NCBI GenBank assembly: GCA_046754465.1
Contig: JBHHVU010000075.1
Coordinates: 1 to 12,275, forward strand
From: Nitrospinaceae bacterium
GTDB taxonomy: Bacteria; Nitrospinota; Nitrospinia; Nitrospinales; VA-1
Reading direction: 5' to 3'
DNA: 12,275 nt
The notes beneath the pieces were generated by a model. It saw nothing but the letters and a program-made list of their open reading frames with translations. It ran no database searches and was not told the origin of the DNA. Shown one piece after another: positions 6,950 through 12,275 of this stretch (position 1 is the first letter of the stretch; every line of letters starts with the position of its first letter). The translations under genes and the position numbers were made by a program.

Positions 6950-8338
6950 ATGTCAAAACCTGACCTGAACGAAATGACCAAGGACCAACTCCTGCGGCTC
7001 GCCGCCAAAAAGAGGGTCGCCGTGACGCGAACGATGCTCAAGGGGGAGATCGTAGCGGCTCTCAAAAAAGAGAGGAAGAAATCCGCCCAAAAGAAAACGC
7101 GGAAAAAAGAGAAAGAGGGACCCAAGAAAAGCTTTTCAGGCCGGAAAGAGGGTTCCGTCGCCGGGCGGGCCGCTCAGCCGGAAAAGCGCGCCACGCCCAC
7201 AGCCCGGAAGGCCGGGGTCTCCGCGAAAAAACCCGTCCCGCCTGCCAAGGGGAAGAGCGAATCGAAAATAGCCGCGCCGGCCCAACCACGGTCACCCGGA
7301 AAGGTCCGGCCGCGAGCGGGCAAGAGAGCGGATTCCAGGAAAGCGTACGCGAAAAAAAGCCCCGGGCCTACCCGCCGCGGTGGAAAGCGTCCTTCTCCGG
7401 CGGCCGCGGCCGTCCGCGAATCGGCAGGGATGGCCGAACGGACCCTGCGTCCGCGATTCCAATTGGAGGACATGGCTCAGGAGGCCAAATTCATCGTGGG
7501 GTCTCCCCAGATTCCCGAGGATCCCCTGACCGATGACGCCCACGAACTGCCATCGAATTACGGGGACAACCTCCTCGTAATGATGGCGCGCGACCCTTAC
7601 TGGAGTTACCTGTATTGGGAACTCCAGCCCGCAAGAATCGAGGAGGGTTTGCGAATCCTCTCCCTGTCCTTGAGCAAAGTGCGTTGTATTCTGCGGGTTT
7701 ATCCCCAGTCCCTGGGGAGCGAGGGTGCGTATGACGTGAATATCGATTTCCGGTGGGGCCACTATTATCTCCAGTTGTCGCCGCCGGGGGAAACGTTCTA
7801 CGTCGAAATCGGGCTGCTGGAACCCAACGGCCAATTCTTCGCGCTGGCGGAATCCAACCGGATAACCCTTCCCATGGACCGGGCGTCGGAGGTGGTGGAC
7901 GAAACCTGGATGACCACCGAGGAAGAGTTCTGGAAAATTTACGCCCTTTCGGGCGGCGGAGTGCCCAAGGCGCCGGGGGGCTCCGGGGATGTCCCCGGGA
8001 TCCAGGAAACGGGCGTGCGGCAATGGACGGAAATGTCCTCGGAGACGGTCAGCCGGTCCGGGTCCGGTCCAACCGAAAACCCTTCCGCCGAAAAGTCCTT
8101 CCGGTTCTGGATGGATGCGGAACTGATCCTCTACGGAGGGGCGGACCCTGGCTCGAGTGTCCAAATGGGCGGGGAGCGGCTGCCGCTCCGTCCCGACGGG
8201 ACCTTTTCCGCCCGGTTCGCCCTGCCGGAAGGAACGGTCCGCCTTCCCGTGACTTTTGAATCGCCCGGCAAGACGGAGCTGCATACCGCCATCCAGGTGG
8301 TGACCCGAAAGGTCCGCCGCGAAGGAGGGACGCAATGA
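6950..8338 (+). CDS. DUF4912 domain protein with N-terminal Rho_N-like helical domain and long K/R/A/P-rich linker
   Basis: N-terminus DLNEMTKDQLLRLAAKKRVAVTRTMLKGEIVAALKK has the Rho_N-like pattern. ELPSNYGDNLLVMMARDPYWSYLYWEL ... FYVEIG ... LAESN is the DUF4912 pattern. The C-terminal FWMDAELILYGG...LRPDGTFSARFALPEG module is typical of long DUF4912 proteins. Confidence 0.85.
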   Translation: MSKPDLNEMTKDQLLRLAAKKRVAVTRTMLKGEIVAALKKERKKSAQKKTRKKEKEGPKKSFSGRKEGSVAGRAAQPEKRATPTARKAGVSAKKPVPPAKGKSESKIAAPAQPRSPGKVRPRAGKRADSRKAYAKKSPGPTRRGGKRPSPAAAAVRESAGMAERTLRPRFQLEDMAQEAKFIVGSPQIPEDPLTDDAHELPSNYGDNLLVMMARDPYWSYLYWELQPARIEEGLRILSLSLSKVRCILRVYPQSLGSEGAYDVNIDFRWGHYYLQLSPPGETFYVEIGLLEPNGQFFALAESNRITLPMDRASEVVDETWMTTEEEFWKIYALSGGGVPKAPGGSGDVPGIQETGVRQWTEMSSETVSRSGSGPTENPSAEKSFRFWMDAELILYGGADPGSSVQMGGERLPLRPDGTFSARFALPEGTVRLPVTFESPGKTELHTAIQVVTRKVRREGGTQ

Positions 8339-9957
8339 TGAATTCTCCCAAAGGATACCTGGCGCTCGTCCTGCACGCGCATCTCCCGTTCGTCCGTCAT
8401 CCGGAGTACAACGAGTTTCTGGAAGAGGACTGGTTGTTTGAAGCCATCACCGAAACCTATATTCCCCTGATCCATATATTCGAGGGACTGGTCCGGGACG
8501 AGACGCCTTTCAGGCTCACCTTAACGCTCACGCCCACGCTCCTGACGATGTTGGCCGACCCTCTTTTGCAGGAACGGTACCGGAAGTTTCTGGACAGGTC
8601 CATCGAACTGTCGTGCAAGGAAATGGAGCGGACCCGTTTGCAACCGGAATTTCATGATCTGGCGCGCATGTATCACTGGCGGTTCAGCCAGGCCCGGGAA
8701 ACCTTCGTGAACCGGTACCAGAACAACCTCATCCCCGCGTTTCGGAAATTCCAGGAACTGGGGCGCCTGGAACTGATCACCTGCGGGGCGACCCATGGCT
8801 ACCTTCCCTTGATCGGATTGCACCCACCGGCCGTCCGGGCCCAGATTCAAACAGCGGTGCAAACCCATGAAAAATTCCTGGGACGCAAACCCCGGGGGAT
8901 CTGGCTGCCGGAATGCGCCTACCAGCCTGGGATCGAGCAGTATCTCGAGGAAGCGGGAATCCGGTTTTTCTTCACCGACACGCACGGCATCCTGCATGCG
9001 CAACCCCGGCCCAAATACGGCGTCTTCGCGCCCATCTATCTGCCCAACGGGGTGGCGGCTTTTGGAAGGGATGTCGAATCGTCGAAGCAGGTCTGGAGCG
9101 CCAACGAGGGCTACCCCGGCGATTACTATTACCGGGAATACTACCGGGATATCGGATTCGACCTGGAATACGATTACGTTAAGCCCTACATTTCTCCCAC
9201 CGGCGAGCGCAAGATGACGGGGTTCAAATATTACCGCATCACCGGCGCCAACGGCCAAAAGGAGCCCTACGTTCCCGAACGAGCCTTGAGCCGGGGGGCC
9301 GAACATGCGGGGCATTTCATGTTCAACCGCGAAAAACAGGTCGAACACCTTGCCGGAATGATCGACAAACCCCCGATCGTCGTGGCTCCCTATGACGCGG
9401 AACTATTCGGTCATTGGTGGTTCGAGGGTCCGGAGTGGCTTAATTTTCTGATTCGAAAAATCGCCTTCGATCAGGACACGCTGGAACTGACCCATCCCGG
9501 TCATTACCTTAACCTCTATCCCACGCACCAGGTCGCCACACCCTCGGCGTCGAGCTGGGGATATAAAGGGTTTCACGAGTACTGGTTGGGAGAAAAAAAC
9601 GATTGGATTTACCGGCACCTTCACAAAGCCGCCGAAAGAATGGTCGAATTGACCCAACAGCATCCCCACGCCACGGGTCTCGTGGAGCGGGCGCTCAACC
9701 AGGCCGCCCGCGAATTGCTGCTCGCCCAGGGAAGTGACTGGGCCTTCATCATGACTTCGGGAACCATGGTCGAATACGCCATCAAACGCACTAGGGACCA
9801 CCTCAACCGCTTCAACCGGTTGTACCGGGACATCCGGAATGAGGACCTAGACCCGGAATGGCTGGCGAAAATCGAGGCAAAAGATAACATTTTCCCCGAT
9901 CTGGATTTCAGGGTGTACACCCCCGTACCGTGCCGAGTGCCTGGGCGGGCAATTTGA
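8335..9957 (+). CDS. Glycoside hydrolase family 57 protein with DUF1957, 1,4-alpha-glucan branching enzyme type
   Basis: LHAHLPFVRH, EEDWLFEAITETYIP, WLPECAY (nucleophile Glu), PYDAELFGHWWFEG (acid/base Asp), SSWG and ARELLLAQGSDWAF. ATGA overlap with the upstream gene. AGGAGG at 8323-8328. Confidence 0.93.
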   Translation: MMNSPKGYLALVLHAHLPFVRHPEYNEFLEEDWLFEAITETYIPLIHIFEGLVRDETPFRLTLTLTPTLLTMLADPLLQERYRKFLDRSIELSCKEMERTRLQPEFHDLARMYHWRFSQARETFVNRYQNNLIPAFRKFQELGRLELITCGATHGYLPLIGLHPPAVRAQIQTAVQTHEKFLGRKPRGIWLPECAYQPGIEQYLEEAGIRFFFTDTHGILHAQPRPKYGVFAPIYLPNGVAAFGRDVESSKQVWSANEGYPGDYYYREYYRDIGFDLEYDYVKPYISPTGERKMTGFKYYRITGANGQKEPYVPERALSRGAEHAGHFMFNREKQVEHLAGMIDKPPIVVAPYDAELFGHWWFEGPEWLNFLIRKIAFDQDTLELTHPGHYLNLYPTHQVATPSASSWGYKGFHEYWLGEKNDWIYRHLHKAAERMVELTQQHPHATGLVERALNQAARELLLAQGSDWAFIMTSGTMVEYAIKRTRDHLNRFNRLYRDIRNEDLDPEWLAKIEAKDNIFPDLDFRVYTPVPCRVPGRAI

Positions 9958-10048
9958 CATGCTTTATATGGCAGACTAAGGTAGGCTGGCGATGATGCTA
10001 TGACCTATCCCCCTCCGGGCGTGGCCCGGCCTATCCCCTTCCCGGGGG
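9933..10048 (+). repeat. Dispersed repeat copy C with duplicated CCTATCCCC tail
   Basis: 9935-10008 matches the reverse complement of 12127-12200 at 63/74 without gaps. CCTATCCCCYTCC appears at 10004 and 10030, on either side of the hairpin CCGGGC-GTG-GCCCGG (10015-10029). Confidence 0.92.
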
Positions 10049-11512
10049 CCGGGAGTGGCTTTGCAGGATTTTTTCGACGGTCTTGGTGGTTGAAAGACCT
10101 TCAACGATAGGAATGAGCTCCACCCGCGCTCCATAACCTTCGACAATCTCGCGTCCAACTACCTCGTCGATGGTGTAGTCGTCGCCTTTGACCAGGATGT
10201 CGGGCCGCACCTCTCGAATGAGATTTTCGGGAGTGATTTCGTCGAAGAGGGTGATGTAATCGACATACTTGATCGCGGAAAGGATATTGGCGCGTTCCTC
10301 CTGGGTCTTGATGGGCCGGCCCTTCCCCTTGACCGCCCGCACGGAATCGTCGCTGTTGAGTCCGACGATGAGGATATCCCCGAGTTCGCGGGCCTTCTGC
10401 AGAAACTCGATATGGCCGCCATGGATCAGGTCGAAACAGCCGTTAGTGAAAACGACGGTTTTCCCCGTGCTTTTGGCCAGTCCGACCAGTTTTTTCAGTT
10501 CGTCCAGCTTGAGGATGACGTGGGAGGTGTGCAGCATTTCCTCCTGCAGGAATTCGTTGATTTCCTCCAGGGTAACGACAGCGGTCCCCACCTTGCCCAC
10601 CACGATACTCGCAGCCATGTTGGACAGCCAGGCCGACTCCGTGAAGTCAAACCCGACGAAGGACAACATACCGAATACGCTGACCACGGTATCGCCGGCA
10701 CCGGTGACGTCGTAAACTTCCCGGGCCACGGTGGCGATTTCCAGGGGTTTTTCCTTATTCCGGTAAAGGGTCATCCCGTCTTTTCCCCGGGTGACAAGCA
10801 GGGCCTGGGACCGCGTCAGGCTGAGCAGGTATTCCGCGGCCCGGTCCAGGTCTTCCTTGCTGCTGACCTTGATGGGGACGGAGCGTTCCACTTCCTGTTG
10901 GTTGGGGGTCACGACGGTGGCGCCCTTGTAGAGGGAGAAATCCGCGCTCTTGGGATCGACGATCAACTGCTTCTTGTTGTTTTTCGCGCGATGGATCAGG
11001 TTTTTGATCACCTTTTCCGTGAGCACCCCTTTCTGATAATCGGAGCAGATGGCCCCGTCCATTTCCGGAAAGGTTTTGTTGATGTATTGGATGAGTTTCT
11101 TTTCCGTTTCCTCGGTGATGGGGCGATTGTCTTCCTTGTCGATTCGCAGCACCTGCTGGTTATGAGCGATGATCCGCATTTTAGAGGTGGTGGGCCGGTG
11201 GACGAAGCGGAAAATACCTTCGGTGTGGATCCCCCGGTCCCTGATGAGTTCCAGCAGCTTGTCCCCTTTTTCATCCCGGCCCAGGGCGCCGGTCAGAAAA
11301 ACTTCGCAGCCCAGCGCAACCAGGTTGTTGGCGACGTTCGCCGCGCCGCCCAGGGAGAGGTTTTCGGATTTGGTTTCCAGAACGGGGACCGGGGCCTCGG
11401 GAGATATCCGGTTCACCCCTCCCCAGACATATTCATCCAGGATGAGGTCACCCACTACCAGGACCCGCGGCCTTTGGCTTCCGTCAAAGAAAAATTTAAA
11501 TTTGTCTTTCAT
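10031..11512 (-). CDS. hldE: Bifunctional D-glycero-beta-D-manno-heptose-7-phosphate kinase / heptose-1-phosphate adenylyltransferase
   Basis: VGDLILDEY, RISPEAPVPV, GGAANVA, PfkB motif DVTGAGDTV, then cytidylyltransferase-like TNGCFDLIHGGH, GLNSDDSV, KGDDY and STT. Synonym rfaE. Confidence 0.96.
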   Translation of the reverse strand: MKDKFKFFFDGSQRPRVLVVGDLILDEYVWGGVNRISPEAPVPVLETKSENLSLGGAANVANNLVALGCEVFLTGALGRDEKGDKLLELIRDRGIHTEGIFRFVHRPTTSKMRIIAHNQQVLRIDKEDNRPITEETEKKLIQYINKTFPEMDGAICSDYQKGVLTEKVIKNLIHRAKNNKKQLIVDPKSADFSLYKGATVVTPNQQEVERSVPIKVSSKEDLDRAAEYLLSLTRSQALLVTRGKDGMTLYRNKEKPLEIATVAREVYDVTGAGDTVVSVFGMLSFVGFDFTESAWLSNMAASIVVGKVGTAVVTLEEINEFLQEEMLHTSHVILKLDELKKLVGLAKSTGKTVVFTNGCFDLIHGGHIEFLQKARELGDILIVGLNSDDSVRAVKGKGRPIKTQEERANILSAIKYVDYITLFDEITPENLIREVRPDILVKGDDYTIDEVVGREIVEGYGARVELIPIVEGLSTTKTVEKILQSHSRPPGRG

Positions 11513-12079
11513 TCAAAGGCCGTCTTCGATGATCTCGCAGATAATGTGACCGATGGTGATGTGAACTTCCTGAATGCGCGCGGTGTCGCCGGAAGGCACG
11601 ATGATGGCGAGCGTTGCGTGCTCCGCCGCCCGCCCCCCCTCATTACCCAAAAGGCCGATGGTGACGAGGCCCAATGCGTTGGCGCGTTGAAAGCCGCGGA
11701 TGATATTTTCGGAGTTTCCGCTGGTGCTGAACCCCAGAACCACATCGCCTTTTCGGGCCAACCCTTCGATCTGCCGCTCGAAAACGGTTTCGAACCCAAA
11801 ATCGTTGGCGAGCGCGGTCAGGGTGGAGGTATCCACCGTCAGCGCGATGGCGGGAAGGGGTTTTCTTTCCTTTTTAAACCGGCCGATCAACTCGGCGGCG
11901 ATATGCTGGGCGTCGGAGGCGCTGCCCCCGTTTCCCATGAGCAACAGCTTGCCCCCGCCGGCCAGGCTTTTCCCGATCAGCCGGGCCGCCTCGAGGATCG
12001 GCTCCGACAACGTTTCCGCCACCTGGTATTTCAGGTCCGCGCTGGCATTGAGAAAATTTCTTACCCGTTCCATCGTCAT
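11513..12079 (-). CDS. gmhA: D-sedoheptulose-7-phosphate isomerase (phosphoheptose isomerase)
   Basis: GNGGSASDAQHIAAEL, ANDFGF, FERQIE, STSGNS and RIQEVH. The stop codon directly abuts the hldE ATG. The start could alternatively be 12073. Confidence 0.96.
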   Translation of the reverse strand: MTMERVRNFLNASADLKYQVAETLSEPILEAARLIGKSLAGGGKLLLMGNGGSASDAQHIAAELIGRFKKERKPLPAIALTVDTSTLTALANDFGFETVFERQIEGLARKGDVVLGFSTSGNSENIIRGFQRANALGLVTIGLLGNEGGRAAEHATLAIIVPSGDTARIQEVHITIGHIICEIIEDGL

Positions 12080-12101
12080 CTTTGAAAAAGTCCTTCCTGA
12101 A

Positions 12102-12205
12102 ATCGCCCTCCCCGGGGGGAGGGGGAATAGGTCATGGCATCATCGCCAGCCCACCTTGGTCCGCCATATAACGCATGTCCATCTGCCTGCAGAGGCACTC
12201 CGCCC
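12102..12205 (-). repeat. Dispersed repeat copy D (most complete, with terminal CCCTCCCC/GGGGAGGG hairpin)
   Basis: Reverse complement of 12127-12200 is GAGTGCCTCTGCAGGCAGATGGACATGCGTTATATGGCGGACCAAGGTGGGCTGGCGATGATGCCATGACCTAT. Inverted repeat at 12106-12123. Confidence 0.92.
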
Positions 12206-12218
12206 GAGGGGAAATTTA

Positions 12219-12275
12219 AAATCCCCCCCGCCCCCTTCGGAGAAGGGGGAGCTTCTTTATCCCCCCTTTTTAAAG
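12219..12275. repeat. C-tract/G-tract multi-hairpin REP-like element, truncated by the window edge
   Basis: AAATCCCCCCC leader, hairpin CCCCCTTC-GGA-GAAGGGGG (12231-12249), and the start of a second hairpin CCCCCCTTT-TT-AAAG (12261-12275). Confidence 0.65.

Noticed and set aside
9935..10008. Repeat family as integron attC sites (GTTATAT resembles a core site)
   Set aside because: There is no complementary inverse core at the other end. The copies alternate in orientation, the flanking genes are housekeeping operons rather than cassettes, and copy C lacks the GTT.
10412..12085. 557-aa + strand ORF
   Set aside because: Antisense shadow of hldE-gmhA. It has no recognisable motifs, and long shadow ORFs are expected in GC-rich coding DNA.
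12127..12200. Repeat as a fluoride riboswitch (GGCGATG) or a conserved small peptide (MRYMADQGGLAMMP)
   Set aside because: The remaining fluoride-riboswitch elements are not evident and two copies lie between convergent 3' ends. The reading frame is broken by a stop in copy C and altered by indels in copy B.

Overview
GC-rich bacterial chromosomal window with ten convincing protein-coding genes in four blocks. Block 1 (+) is a single-domain UPF0016/GDT1 membrane protein. Block 2 (-) is an MBL-fold hydrolase, a YjgN/DUF898 membrane protein, an M48 metallopeptidase and hldD. Block 3 (+) is a sigma-54 enhancer-binding protein (bEBP) with a degenerate receiver domain, followed by a consensus -24/-12 promoter (TGGCAC-CGGAA-TTGCT, 6848-6863) with candidate enhancer palindromes and an IHF-like site. 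That promoter precedes a coupled pair: a Rho_N-like/basic-linker/DUF4912 protein and a GH57 branching-enzyme-type protein. Block 4 (-) is gmhA-hldE. The most unexpected signal is a roughly 75-110 bp non-coding repeat family with conserved hairpins. It occurs four times in alternating orientation at the block junctions, possibly with a fifth copy cut off at the left edge, and three genes end inside it. The second highlight is the self-contained sigma-54-controlled alpha-glucan module, whose DUF4912 protein has a basic histone-like region. All calls come from motif recognition by eye; no database searches were run.
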